64,000 bases of DNA from Octopus sinensis (taxonomy: Eukaryota): contig NC_043013.1 in assembly GCF_006345805.1 (NCBI RefSeq), positions 47,182,001 to 47,246,000 of the forward strand. Reading direction: 5' to 3'. Position numbers and translations under genes: made by a program. Below the pieces are notes generated by a model that did no database searches, was not told the DNA's origin, and worked only from the letters and a program-made list of their open reading frames with translations. Shown in pieces: positions 27,080 to 40,676 of this stretch; within the stretch, counting starts at the first letter, position 1, and each line of letters opens with the position of its first letter.

Positions 27080-27248
27080 CGTAGGAGTGGCTGAGTGGTA
27101 TGTAGCTTGCTTACCAACCACATGTTTCCGGGTTCAGTCCGACAGCGTAGCACCTTCTGCAAGTGTCTTCTATTATATCTTCGGGTCCACCAAAGCCCTT
27201 GTAAGGGGATATGGTCAAATGACTGAAACAAGTAAAAGAATAAAAGAA
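27080..27248 (+). mobile_element. SINE family A, internally deleted
   Basis: Head joined to tail 'gtcaaatgactgaaacaagtaaaag'. Confidence 0.75.
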
Positions 27249-27257
27249 TATATATAT

Positions 27258-27304
<47 letters not shown>

Positions 27305-27922
27305 AGAGAAAGAGAGAGAAAGAGAGAGTGATAGAGAGAGAGAGAAAGTTATATTAATTAATGCAGTGTGGCTTATGCTTACCAAAGACGCGATGGTCAC
27401 GTTCGGGATACTTTTGATCTTTGGTTTCATAACTGAAGGTTGAATCATGGCCATGTAAGAAGAGTAGTAAGCACCGTTGCTTGAAACAAAGGTAATTATT
27501 CACATGCACAAATATATATATACATATATATATTTACCAATTCATCTTTCGGTCTAAAAATATCATTTATCCTGTATAACTCCCAGTCTATGATTTTTAA
27601 TTAGCTAGATTTTCTTACCTTGGGTTTCATAACACTCGTGGGGGCGTGTAGGTTACTGGAGACGCTACAACGTGTTACCAACTGACATGAACATTAGTTC
27701 AGAGCTATACTTCATCTCATATAAGGAAATTCTCAAAACTTGACCTAGTCACTTCTCGGGGAAGAAATAATCGATAGACTTTCACACAGGAAGTCTCAAG
27801 AGAGAAGCGGAAAGATTGCTTGTAATTTGGTTAAGATGAATATACCGTGCAATGATTCTCTCAACGATCTTTCTAAGACTATAAGTATGTATACATATAT
27901 TACTATGTTTCAGCGTATATAT

Positions 27923-27956
<34 letters not shown>

Positions 27957-28379
27957 CATACATATATATATATGTACACATAAATATGCTTATGTGGTTA
28001 GAGACGTGTGTGTATGTATGCGAGTATGTATGTATATATGTATATGCGTACGTATACATTTATGGGCTTATTGATGTTGGCACGATTACAGCTGACTACA
28101 GGGCATTAACTTCCTGGCTGGGCCGTTGCATCACCTTGGCTGTTCAGTGAAAAGACACACCGATCAACTTGTAAATGGCTGGAGGTGTCGGTGGTCACAG
28201 AGGAGCTTTCTCCTCTTCTTATCTTGCATGACTTCAATTAAAGCACGCAATAAGGAATTTTATTGAGAATGATACTTGCCAATATTCTTGAGACACAATT
28301 TCTCTTCGATATATATATACTGCTGTAATAAGATCTATAAATGTTGCAATATCTAAATGGAACTATGCACAGCATACTA

Positions 28380-28477
28380 CCGAAAATATCTGAACGTATC
28401 GTGTTGAAATGATATATTGCGATATCACAATAAGTAATTGTGATATTGGATTATATCATTCAACAAGATATTTTCGG
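28380..28477. other. Long imperfect hairpin
   Basis: ccgaaaatatct/agatattttcgg basal stem plus ~29 bp upper stem tgttgaaatgatata..atatcacaat [aagta] attgtgatat..tatatcattcaaca. Confidence 0.6.
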
Positions 28478-28574
28478 ATAGGTAATCTAACATTGATAAC
28501 TGAATACAAAATATATTACCACCTGAAACCGCTGGAACTTTAAAGGCTATGGAATGGATAAAACGTAATTATTA

Positions 28575-28810
28575 TTGGGCTGTCCGGAAAGTTCGTGCCG
28601 ATCTTTAAAGGAAAGAAAAAGGTCAATAAATACTTACCATTACATATTTAATCAACCAAATATGAACCATTTTGTTGCACAATGCGTATCCATATTTCCT
28701 ATTTTATGGACTCAACTATGTCAAATTCCATTTTATGGTCTCAACCATGTTCTAAAATAAATCGAAAGGTAAGCTACTATAAATCAGCACGAACTTTCCG
28801 GACAACCCAA
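28575..28810. mobile_element. Mariner-type MITE
   Basis: TIRs TTGGG(C/T)TGTCCGGAAAGTTCGTGC, flanked by TA on both sides. Confidence 0.88.
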
Positions 28811-30450
28811 TAATATTCCGAATTTAATCTGTATTCTTTTATAATTTTTCAGCTTAAATGCTGTTACCATGCTGGGGAACCGCCAGTGAAATATCAGTGC
28901 ACCAGCTTAGGTATTCTTCATAGAATTCTTTTGTTTTATATCTTGGAAAATAACATTTCTTATGCATTTTCTGCGACTGAGTAGTATTTGTTAAATCCTT
29001 TCTCCCGATTCAAATTAATTCTGAATTGTAAAATTTGCAAATACCTTGGTTTCAAGTTTATCCATCAAAGCCTCAAAAACCAAACAGTTTCTTTCAAAAA
29101 TTGGTGACTTCGGCATTCCAACAAGACAAAGTATCAACTAGCAGGAAACTAAAATAATATGTCTTACATAATAATATGTTTTACAATTGTGAAAAGGGAG
29201 GAACAGTTATTCTCCATTAACTATAAAATATACAAAACTTGTTGCGATGGCTTTTTATAAATGGCCTTTTATAAATGGCAACCTACGTCCTTGTGGCAGA
29301 TACAAAATTTATGCTAGCTGTTATGGAAGAATACTTAAACATAGGTTTCTGATCATAAACAAATCTTCCTTAAGGAAATGTGGAGAGAGAAATACGAGCG
29401 TGAATTGGAGGTATTTACTTTGGAGAAGATGTAAATTTAAATTCAACATAAAAAGAATGAGAAAATTTCACGAAAAGAACCGGAAGTGGTGAAATGCTTT
29501 CGTCTTATGTATATCCTCTCAAGAACATATTACAGCTGAAAAAATAAAAAGCAGCTTCTACGAGTTCGTCAGAATTGCTAAGAATAGCAGTCAACTTTCC
29601 CTCAGTGCTATATCATCGTAGACAGACGGGGACATTAAATAATGTAGCCAATACAAACTATATCTGAAAATTAATTTGTAGTCATGTCTGAGGGTTTTTG
29701 ATGAGATCGTAGGCCTTCTTAAAGAAGACAGACCGAGGGCTAAACAATAACATTCATAACAAGAGAAGCACTTTTATTATTAATTGAATATTTGAATATT
29801 TCTTCATCTAAATTTAACCTGGAATAGATTTTATGGTTTAAACTAAGAGATTTATTTTCTCAACCCCATACATTGGATCACAGTAGATGTGTGTAATCTG
29901 CACTGTTTTAGATATTTCTTCAAGAGCACAATGAAACCGGGGAAGAATCTACCTGAGATGAAATTCGGAACGATCAGATAAAATAACGATTCCAAAACCT
30001 AACAAACAGTGAATAAAAAAAAAAACAAAGCGCCTCTTTTTATTGGTCGGATCAGCTAGAAATAGTAAACAAAACACACCCTCTTGTGTTAAACAAAGTA
30101 ACACTACGTTTTTGTTCAATATAATCAAAGATACATTGATGTCTGACAAAAAAGGCGATTGTCGTGGCGGGTTTATTTTTCCATCATAAGTCTCCTAGAT
30201 TAGGGATGACCAGGGATTAAACATCAATTAAACACTGCATGCTCTCACTCTTACTGAGAGTGATTAGTAACAAACATATTATCATTATTGACATTCACAT
30301 CGGGTGACTCAGTCGTTTCGATGGAAAAAGAAATAGTTTATTATAAACACGTTAAATTACATCTACCTAACACATATAATCTATTTAAATTATATAATTT
30401 CCCCAATAGATATATTCTGTGATACTTTATGTTCGGAAAAATAAATTCAA

Positions 30451-30451
<1 letters not shown>

Positions 30452-30505
<54 letters not shown>

Positions 30506-30530
30506 ATATATTATATATATATATATATAG

Positions 30531-30561
<31 letters not shown>

Positions 30562-30619
30562 CATATATATACTATATATACATATACATATATATACATA
30601 TATATATATGTATATATAT

Positions 30620-30676
<57 letters not shown>

Positions 30677-30699
30677 CATATATATATATATGTATATAT

Positions 30700-30771
<72 letters not shown>

Positions 30772-30778
30772 TATATAT

Positions 30779-30827
<49 letters not shown>

Positions 30828-30890
30828 TCACACACACACACACACACACAACACACACATATAATATATATATATTATATATATATATAT
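30452..30890. repeat. Long (TA)n/(CA)n microsatellite
   Basis: Directly visible. Confidence 0.95.
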
Positions 30891-32548
30891 ACGAGCGCAT
30901 ATACATACGCAGGGAATCACATATATGTGTTTTATTTGAAAAGTCTGAAAATCTCTACATTTATGTATATAGTAATATATGCATTTATTTGTTTAAATAT
31001 TTATTTATATACACATATATTTGTGTGTGTATGTGTGTGTACGTTAGCGTTGTCAGAGTTGATTCATAATTAACAAACGAGAATGATACTTCAGACTAAA
31101 TGTTACAAAAAAAGTTACCACGTGGTTAGAATTGCTAAGTGTAATATAATTAGCATTGATTAACAGTATCCTTATAAACCTTCAAATACGAACAGGCTTA
31201 AAGGTCACCAATATTCATCAATGCTTCTAAATTATGCTTCGTCTTCTCTAAATAATTTCCATGTCTACATTACCGTCGAAATTTTACTTCATCACTGCGC
31301 TTTGAAATATTCCTCCTACTTTTTACCCGAAAATGAGTTTATTTCAATCATGTGTTTTACAGAATTTGACAAAATTCTTTCATGATTTTGTTTGAAATTT
31401 TATATTTAATATTTGAAATCATGCATCAATCTGAGGCTAACTTTTATTGCTTCTGTTGTATTTTGATTTACCTGCTTTTAATTTATTTAGTGTTCAATAT
31501 CAATCCGATTATCCATTTATGTGTGTTACATAGAGCAAACACTTCTTAAGGAGAAATATACAATAAATTTTCCAGTTTGACACATCGAATTTCCAACTGT
31601 ATTTTAATTCTGCGGATTTATGTTCATTTGCAATGTCAACTGAAATTGTATTCGGTCTCCTTCTCCTTTCCAGTAGTGCCAAACATTTAGCGATGAACAA
31701 AGCGGTCGGTTTAGTGTTCAGGTTAATAATGCTGAAACAAGATATTCCACCTATAATACAAGTATTATATTTAAAAAATTGTTAAGACATAATAATAAAT
31801 TCTGTATTATTCCTGTATGATAGTTCGTTAGTAATTGTATCTATCGCGATAAAGGTTATGCCGGATGTTCCCTGATAGCAATAACAAACAGCGATTAGAA
31901 TCAAAGAATAGGGGTAAGTTAAAGTCATTGGTAAAACAAACGTTAGTAATAGTTAAATAGCTATGGTGTAAAACTAGAAATAATATGTTACTATGGAATG
32001 TAGTTTCCATTTGAGGCAGAAGCAAATCAGGTACATCAAATACAATAATCGATGTATACATATAACCTGAGAACTAAATTAGTAAGCATGGTATTAAATT
32101 CTGCTGAACACGGCAGCCATTACTGGTAATAAGTTTAGCGATAATTTAGATTGGCTTACATTTTACATTATGGGATAATGTAAGAAAGTTTAAGCTTTGA
32201 AGCGATGAATAGAGGTCTGTGCATCGAAATTTTATATAAGCCTATGATCGACTGAAATGTGAAGATTTTAGCAAATAAATAAGCAAGAACCCAGAAAATA
32301 TAGAGTTAACAACCAGGCATTTTTCCCAAGAAGTATTTTAGCAATTTACTGTTTGAATGCGTCTGTTTTCTGTTGATATTTCTGAATACCTTTAATAATA
32401 AATGACAACAAACACACACACACAAAAAAACACGGTTACAACAAGGACAAACTGAAGAAATCAGTGACATCCAAACAATACCCCACCAACGTAATAAACG
32501 CAATAGATACCAGCTTCGACTTTGTTTAATTGCTTTCGTTTTGTCATA

Positions 32549-32779
32549 TAAAGTGTTGTCCAGAAGTCACCCGACAGTCAATCAAAATTCCTTAAACACT
32601 ATCTGTAATACTGTATTGACTCGAATGGAAAAATGTGTCGCTCAAGAAGGACTTCAGTTTGAGCAATTTTCATGATGTTTCATATTTAGATGCTTCTATT
32701 ATATTCATTCAGTTGTTAAATAAATCTTGGAATTAAATAGTTTTGATTTACTGTCAGGTGACTTTTAGCCAACTCTCTA
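32549..32779 (+). mobile_element. Tc1/mariner (maT/rosa-like) internal deletion derivative
   Basis: Imperfect ~38 bp TIRs (aagtcacc.gacagt.aatcaaaa) in TA context; retains transposase C-terminus RMEKCVAQEGLQFEQFS*. Confidence 0.7.
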
Positions 32780-32984
32780 TATATGAAAAATTGCGTTGAT
32801 GCCTTTATTTCTAATCAAACAACCAGAGTTGAACTGCATGTTAATATTATGAATGGTGAAATGCTGCTGCTGATACATTGCCGGACTATATGGTAATCAT
32901 ATTGAGTCAATGCGATTTGTTATCTTGAACCAATATAACAAATCAATATATGACAATGAGCAGGCAGAACCGTTATCCCACCGG

Positions 32985-33165
32985 ACAAAATGCTTAGCAT
33001 CATTTCGTCCGTCTTTACGTTATAAATTCAAGTTCCACTAAGGACAATTTTACCTTTCATCGTTTCGAGGTCTATAAAATAATTACCAGTTGAGCACTGG
33101 GGTCTATGTAATCGACGTACTCACTCCATCAGACTTACTGGCCTTGTGCCAAATTTTGAAACCAA
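32985..33165 (+). mobile_element. Diverged SINE family C
   Basis: 'atttcgtccgtctttacg..cctttcatc..gcactggggtc'. Confidence 0.7.
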
Positions 33166-33371
33166 TATCATCAATCAATATTGTTATTTCTGAACAGAAT
33201 AATTTAGGTTCCAACATTTGGTTTTTGATTGACTTTTGATGGGACTTCCATCGACACTCAAATTAAAACAGTCAAATTTATTAGGACTATGTAGAACTCA
33301 TTTATTTTTTCAATGTTACTCAATTAGTTTTAAATCATATTTATTTATTTATTGTTAATTGTTTAAATATG

Positions 33372-33785
33372 CTCTTTTACTCTTTTACTCTTTTACTTGT
33401 TTCAGACATTTGACTGCGGCCATGCTGGAGCACCGCCTTAAGTCGAGCAAATTGACCCCAGGACTTATTCTTTGTAAGCCTAGTACTTATTCTATCGGTC
33501 TCTTTTGCTGAACCGCTAAGGTACGGGGACGTGAACACACCAGCATCGGTTGTCAAGCGATGTTGGGGGGACAAACACTGACACACAGGCGCACTCACAT
33601 ATATATACATATACATATATACAACGGGCCTCTTTCAGTTTCCGTCTACCAAATCCACTCACAAGGCTTTGGTCGGCCCGAGGCTATAGTAGAAGACACT
33701 TGCCCAAAGTGCCACGTAGTGGGACTGAACCCGGAACCATGTGGTTGGTAAGCAAGCTATTTACCACTCAGTCACTCCTGCGCCT
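33372..33785 (-). mobile_element. SINE family A, full length
   Basis: Matches family consensus. Confidence 0.9.
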
Positions 33786-34199
33786 ATATGCTTAAATATT
33801 TCATGAATACATTCCGTCCTAATAAGTGTTTCTTCAGAAGGTGAATTGAATATTCTTCTTCAGGGTGAAACAAAGATGCCTTGTTGGAAATCAGAAGCTG
33901 TTATTTATGTACTTAAAGAAATATGCTCTATTTTTTTAATGCCTTAGCGATAAAGATAGTAGTTGACCACATCAAGAGGAGGTGCTGATACCATGTATTC
34001 TACCATTCGTTTATTGTGCCGTCTATGGAAAGATTTAAACAAACTCATGTAATGCAACTAAAACTGTTTACGCTACCACTACACCAAATTGAAAATTCCA
34101 TACGCAGGATTCAGGATTCACTAAATTTCCTGGTCGCTTTAATCAACAGAGAAGTGGTGGCTTGACGTGCTAGAATGAGTACGAAAATCTCACCTCAAC

Positions 34200-35150
34200 T
34201 CACTCACCATTTCATCTCATTTTCTTCGCCTGCTTGCAGGGTCATGTAGGAAGTGTCCCCAAGTACGCCTTCCATCTAGTTCTGTTTGACGCAATCGTCT
34301 CCAACTGATCCGAATGGGTAGCCAAACGTATCCAACCGAGGCCATGGATGTTATTCAATCATGTTGCTCGTGATATACCGCTGGATCTCTTGTCGGTTGC
34401 TTTTGCCCGTTAAATCTATCCAGCGATTCATTTTGGGGACATTCTTACAACCACATCTCCGTAGTATCGAAGTTGTGATCTCTCAATACAGAGAAGGTCT
34501 GGCTCTCCTGATTACTTAGCTATGTTCTCTATCGAGTAACGTTACTCCAAAAACCCCTAGGAATAATCCGTCTTCTGCTGCTTATATTCGCGATTGTATT
34601 CTTTATAAAAGATTCATGACCATACGTAAGGGCAGGCACAAACACAGAATTGAAGCTAGTGAGTTTGCCTTTCACACCTAACTCCATTCTTTTGGCCATT
34701 AAATGCTGAAATAAGCGCATTTCTACAACTGCTGCTGCAATTCTTCCTCGTAATTCATCCCCCTTACGTATATCACTCATGAAAACAGCAACGCGGTTTC
34801 GAACGGATGACGGCCACGAGGTTTCGGTTATGAATTTCTCCACCTACTACAGTGGAACCCTGCCTTTCTTGAAATGATGATTGCCTCAGTCTTCACAACA
34901 CTGATTTTCATTCATACCGAGAAGCACTCGACTGCAAACCTGTCACGTGCATGTCGCTGGGGATTACCTTCCGACGAGTCGAGTAGTGCCATATCGTTTG
35001 TAGGATTGATCCTACTCTAACTGACTGATCCTACTCCCATTTCCAACTCGGATGCCCCTGTCACTCATATCCATGAAGATCATGAACATGGAAAGTGATA
35101 GTACGCACCCTGAGCGGAGTCCGACACCCACATTGAATGATTTCGAAGTA
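34200..35150 (-). mobile_element. RTE-clade (Expander-like) LINE 3' fragment, pseudogenised
   Basis: Minus strand GVGLRSGCVLSLSMFMIFMD (RT QG motif), TNDMALL (ADD motif), MKISVVKTEA, FNSVFVPALTYGHES; 3' end 'gcgaagaaaatgagatg'. Confidence 0.8.
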
Positions 35151-35607
35151 GCACATATGTCATAAAAAAGGCAGAGGCATTAAAAGACGGGATGGTGACA
35201 GTTTGAATTCCTTTGAGCATTGATGCTCTCAATCAGAACAGATCTTGAATCAAATAGCATCACTACCGCCACCAACAACAACAGCTTTCTGAAACTTTGA
35301 CCTTTGCTGCTGTTGAACTTATTGAGAGCCAAATTCTGGTATATTACCAGGAAGCATCTGTGAGTATTTTGCTTCTCCTCCATTACTCACTAATATAAGC
35401 ATGTCGATCAAAGAACAAAGACAACTGCGCTGATGTTGCATCGAACCAAAAATTCCATTATCTAAACTTCGGTTTGTACAATCAGCTTCAACGACAAATA
35501 TTGTAATTGCTCAATCTGCTAGAAATAACAACCAAATCGCCTTCAAGTAATTCCCAACCATCTTGAAAAGGACATTTTAGATAATGCAGTTATTGGCATA
35601 CACTAAA

Positions 35608-35873
35608 AACACGGGAAGGGCACGGAAAGAATGCCTTCTCGATCAAGGTTGACTTTGAGCTAAAATACAATAACAACAACAACTATAGCAATGAATCTTT
35701 AAATAGTTCAAATAACAGGAACCTCTGATATTTAAAAAACTGAGGTTTTTGTTTAGCCAGTCGTAACACGGGAAGGGCACGGAACAAATGCCTTCTCGAT
35801 CAAGGTTGACTTTGAGCTAAAATACAACAACAACTATAACAATGAATCTTTATATAGTTCAAATAGCAGGAAC
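35608..35873. repeat. ~110 bp direct duplication
   Basis: 35608-35722 repeated at 35765-35873. Confidence 0.85.
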
Positions 35874-36344
35874 TGGGGAAAGGAACTTCATCGAGCTAAC
35901 TTGCCCAAGATACCCTATACTTAGAAGCAAATGATATAGGTCTATAGCAAGAGGAGTTATGTGTTACCATAGAAGAATCTACGCCTATCTAACTTACGAT
36001 AATTTGTTTGTCTTATTTTACTTCAGTCATCGTCATAAATACGACAGCAGAACAGTATCTTAGTAAAGACAGGAGAATATTATTTCGTATCACTATTCTT
36101 TATTCTGACTCCAGATTCCATTAAGATGGACTTTATAGTTTATCTCTTTAAGAATCTTGATACAATACACCGTCAATATACCAGTCAACTCTATTCCCAC
36201 CTATCCCCAGTGAAAACTGGCATCGAACCAAGTCTCGAAGAAATCAATGCTCTTATTTCAGGTTCTGAGAGAGTCAGTTTGTCAATGTTGAACATGCATG
36301 CAATTCTCTGTAAAAACTGATATATTTAGTTACAACGCGTTAAA

Positions 36345-36383
<39 letters not shown>

Positions 36384-36855
36384 AAGCAGCAGCAATAGTA
36401 GTAGTAGTATATTGTTACAAATATATTAGATGTAAATCAAGGAGGAAGCGTGCCAATAATGTGGAAATAGAAACTGCAGTCGCAAATCAAATAAATTTAC
36501 TAAGAATTTCTATTTCTTTTTTTTTACTTGGAGTTTTGAATAAAAAAAAAACAGAAAAGAAAATTAAGAAAAGTACGAGAAGAAAATGAAGAGAAAAATA
36601 AACTAGCAGGAAACGAGGAAGATGATGGGGTGGGAAGAAAGGTGAAAAGAAATTGTATTTCAGAAAACAACAGATAGTAACGTTTTGAGAAGAAAAGCAA
36701 AAGAGAGGTTGGTGCGAAATATGTCCGAAAACTTATTATTCTGAAATAATTGAATTTAAAAATGATAAAACTTTGAAAAAAATATTTTGGAATAGCGGAA
36801 AATACGTTGAAGGTTGGGAAAAAAAACGATGTATATAATGATAACAATGTGTGTG

Positions 36856-36857
36856 TA

Positions 36858-36895
<38 letters not shown>

Positions 36896-36926
36896 GGGCG
36901 TCTCTCTGTGTGTGAATACATATATA

Positions 36927-36976
<50 letters not shown>

Positions 36977-37047
36977 TATATATATCTATATATATATATA
37001 TACATATATACATATATACATATATACAAATACATCGATATGTATAT

Positions 37048-37085
<38 letters not shown>

Positions 37086-37109
37086 CAAATACATATATAT
37101 ATATATATA

Positions 37110-37146
<37 letters not shown>

Positions 37147-37157
37147 GATATATATAT

Positions 37158-37188
<31 letters not shown>

Positions 37189-37190
37189 GT
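36856..37190. repeat. Long (TA)n microsatellite
   Basis: Directly visible. Confidence 0.95.
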
Positions 37191-37944
37191 AGATAGGTAA
37201 GAGGTAGGTAGGTATGTACGTGTGAGCTTGTGTGTGCATGTATGTATATCAAATACAGTTAAGTATAAAACGCCGAATTTCGTTTTTGTTTTGAAAAATC
37301 ATGCTGTATGAAAGAATTCCCAAGTAATTTTTTTTCACTATTTATTCTATCACTCCTTTCTTTCTTTCGTTTTTTTTCTTCTTCTTCTTATTATTATTAT
37401 CACCTCCTGTTTGTTCCACGTAAAGCGACTGTAGTTGTGTATATATGCATTCAGCACTTGCGCTAATGTATCTGAGAAATGCTTCATTTGCTGTAGTTTC
37501 CATATCGGTTTGTTTTTTTTTTTTTTCACATTTATCAAATTTTCTTCTCTTCTTTGAATATGTATTTTAAGATTTTGTTCCTGCAGTTCATTATTTTCAT
37601 GTTCAGGGAAAAGAAAACAAAAGAAAAAAAAGCAGAGAAAGAAAGAAAAAAAAATGAATTTTGAATGAACAAAAATAATTTTAGACGGAAAACTTTGAAG
37701 TTATTTTTAGATTTTTAAATGATCGGATTTCTTTGTTTTGTTGGGTTTTTTTAACCCTGTTTTCCTGCTTACATTTTTTTTTACTAATTTTACATTTCAC
37801 AACAGTCTTAAACTTGATTCATATAGACAATACTTAATTGAGTTATTAGATGCAACAAAGGTTTTTCAGTGTGGGCTGAATAAATAGGTATCCAGCCTCC
37901 ATATTGCAAGTTTAATATCCCTTATGTAAACACATACATTCACA

Positions 37945-37948
37945 TATA

Positions 37949-37996
<48 letters not shown>

Positions 37997-38075
37997 TAGA
38001 TAGATATAGATATATAGATATATAGATAGATAGATAGATAGACAGATAGATAGATAGATAGATAGATATAGATAT

Positions 38076-38122
<47 letters not shown>

Positions 38123-38150
38123 TAGATATAGATATAGATATATATATATG
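37945..38150. repeat. (TA)n/(GATA)n microsatellite
   Basis: Directly visible. Confidence 0.95.
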
Positions 38151-38604
38151 TGCATATACCTACAGATAAACACGCAGATACAGACACACACATATCTATG
38201 TATGAATTTTATAAATTTTATATTTATGTTGTTAGTATCTAAATAGTAAGGAACACAAATTATTCTATCATTGCGTTCTAAAAAATTTTTTAAATAAATT
38301 ATCGTAGCTCAAACTAGCATATTCAGAAGGGTAGTTGAGACTAAATGGAACTCTTTGATGTTTTAGCCTCGCTATAAGGTCATTCGCTGTGAAAGTTTCA
38401 ACTAAGAACTGAAAAAGAGATTAGTAACAGGAAAACGCAGGGTTAACCAGAATTTATTGTGATCTGCAAACTGTCTTACGTGCATGGAGAGCAAATAATT
38501 ATACAAACATAGACACGTTTACAGTTATACACAAACACGCACAAAGCGCTACTTCACACACACACACACAGAAACACACACACACGGATACTCACGCATT
38601 TTTA

Positions 38605-38825
38605 ATCTTTTATTTGTTATAATTATAATGTTCAGACCATGCTGGGGCACCGGCTTGAATGGATTTATTCGAACAAATAGACCCCAGTCGGTACTTATTC
38701 TATCAGCCTCCTTTTTTCTGAAACGCTACTAAACGGGGACGGAAACAAGCTAAAACTAGTTGTCAAGCGATGGTGACGGACAGGCTTCTTTCTGTTTCCG
38801 CTTACCAAGTCTACTCACAAGGTTT
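38605..38825 (-). mobile_element. Diverged SINE family A
   Basis: 'ccatgctggggcacc..ggtacttattctatc..ttgtcaagcgatgg'. Confidence 0.6.
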
Positions 38826-38833
38826 TATATATA

Positions 38834-39065
38834 TTTCTTTACTACCCACAAGGGGCTAAACACAGAGGGGACAAACAAGGACAGACAAAGGGATTAAGTC
38901 GATTACATCGACCCCAGTGGGTAACTGGTACTTAATTTATCGACCCCGAAAGGATGAAAGGCAAAGTCGACCTCGGCGGAATTTGAGCTCACAACGTAAC
39001 GACAGACGAAATACCGCTAAGCATTTCGCCCGGCGCGCTAACCTTTCTGCCAGCTCGCCGCCTTA
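38834..39065 (-). mobile_element. SINE family C, full length
   Basis: Near-consensus copy; 'aggttttatata' flanks both sides (possible TSD). Confidence 0.9.
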
Positions 39066-39719
39066 GGTTTTATATAGTTTTGTGTTTGTGTCTACACATA
39101 TATGTATGTGTGCATGTGTATATGTACAGACATACACACCTATACATATGGGAAACACATATATGAGTCATATAATGTGGATCTCATCTGTTGACTATAT
39201 ACACACACACATATATATACACGTAGTGTCTCTGCATTTATTCCTTTTCAGTAGAATGCATTCATGCGTTTTGATGCGATCTGGATGCCACACCAATTAA
39301 CGCGTAACTCAATCTCTTGTTAGAGATACATCTTTCATTAATTGGGTCCCGAAGACTATCTTTTCAGCCGCTAAGTCTCTACTGAGCGAAAATAATATTT
39401 TAAATTTAGAATACAGACATTCGAAACAGATACTACAAGACATCATCACATTCGTCCTTCTAACAATCTCACAAATCTTCCACTCGGAAAGATTATTAGA
39501 CCCAGAAAGAATGTAAGTCAAAGTTGATCTTAACTCAATTTGAACTCAAAGGACAGGGAAACACAATTCTCAAAGGCATTCAACCAGATGGTCTAACGGC
39601 AAATTTTTCATCTTTATACTCTTGTTTTGCTCTTGGTCCCCTTAGTGGATTTTCGGCGTGCTATGCTCCTTCAAATGGTAGCTTTACATGTATTTAGTAC
39701 TTTATCGAATAGTCTTTCC

Positions 39720-40000
39720 ATATCAGAAAAGAATGCACGCCTTCCCTTTTAGTCATTGATGATTATACCAAGAATGAGTATGTCCCCAAGCACAACGATA
39801 TCGTCTTAATCTCGTAATTCTTATATATTTGTCCTTTTGCAATGAATATACGCCTTGTTATGCCAATGAATGTTTCTTTCAAAGCAGCCAGAGTTAATAT
39901 AGATGGCGGTCATCTTATATTTACCACATAACCTATACACTAGTAACTTTGTACCATCCTTGATGCTACGATAATATAGTCCGGTTGCCAGATTTGGTAG
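39720..40000 (-). mobile_element. Possible decayed LINE AP-endonuclease remnant
   Basis: Minus strand KMTAIY...DDIVVLGDI resembles IYAP / IILGDFN motifs; weak. Confidence 0.25.
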
Positions 40001-40473
40001 CGATTACCTTTCTCTGCTTTCAGTCAGGTATGACCTCTTTCTGTCTACGGTACCACTTCCTTAACTTTTGTTACTCCCGGTACATTTCTTGTTCTCCCAG
40101 GTTCTCAGTATTTGTAGCTAGCTCTAGCGTCTTGCATTCTGCTTCAATAATCTCACTCAGATAATATCGATCTCGCTTTCTCTTAGAAGAATGTTGAGAT
40201 ATCAAAGCGCTGTCTTTAATTGTGTAGTCCCGTTCTGATATTTTTCGTATCGGCTGTGTTCCGTTTTTGTTACGAATATTCAAATTGTCTATTGGTGGAA
40301 GACTTGAAGAGTGAGAATTCTATATCATCTGCTAAGAGATGTTCCGCCAACTCAGAAAAATACGTTTCGTATGCAAATGCAACCATGCTGATCGGGTAAT
40401 ATGAGCCGAGGGACAGTGCTACAAGAGGATGTAGAACGAAGACAGGGGTGCATCTCGAACTAGGAATATATTG

Positions 40474-40676
40474 ATTTCAAATTTTGGCACAACGCCAGAA
40501 ATTGTAGAGGAGGGTGCTAAGTTGATTATATTGACCCCTTGTATTCAACTGGTACTGATTTTATCGATCACGAAATGATGAAAGCAAGGTCGACTCTGAC
40601 GGAAATTGAACTCAGAACGAAATGCCACTAAGCATTTTACCCAGCGTGTTAACGATTCTGCCAGTTCGTCGCCTTA
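40474..40676 (-). mobile_element. Diverged SINE family C
   Basis: 'aactggtact..ttgaactcagaacg..aacgattctgccag'. Confidence 0.7.
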
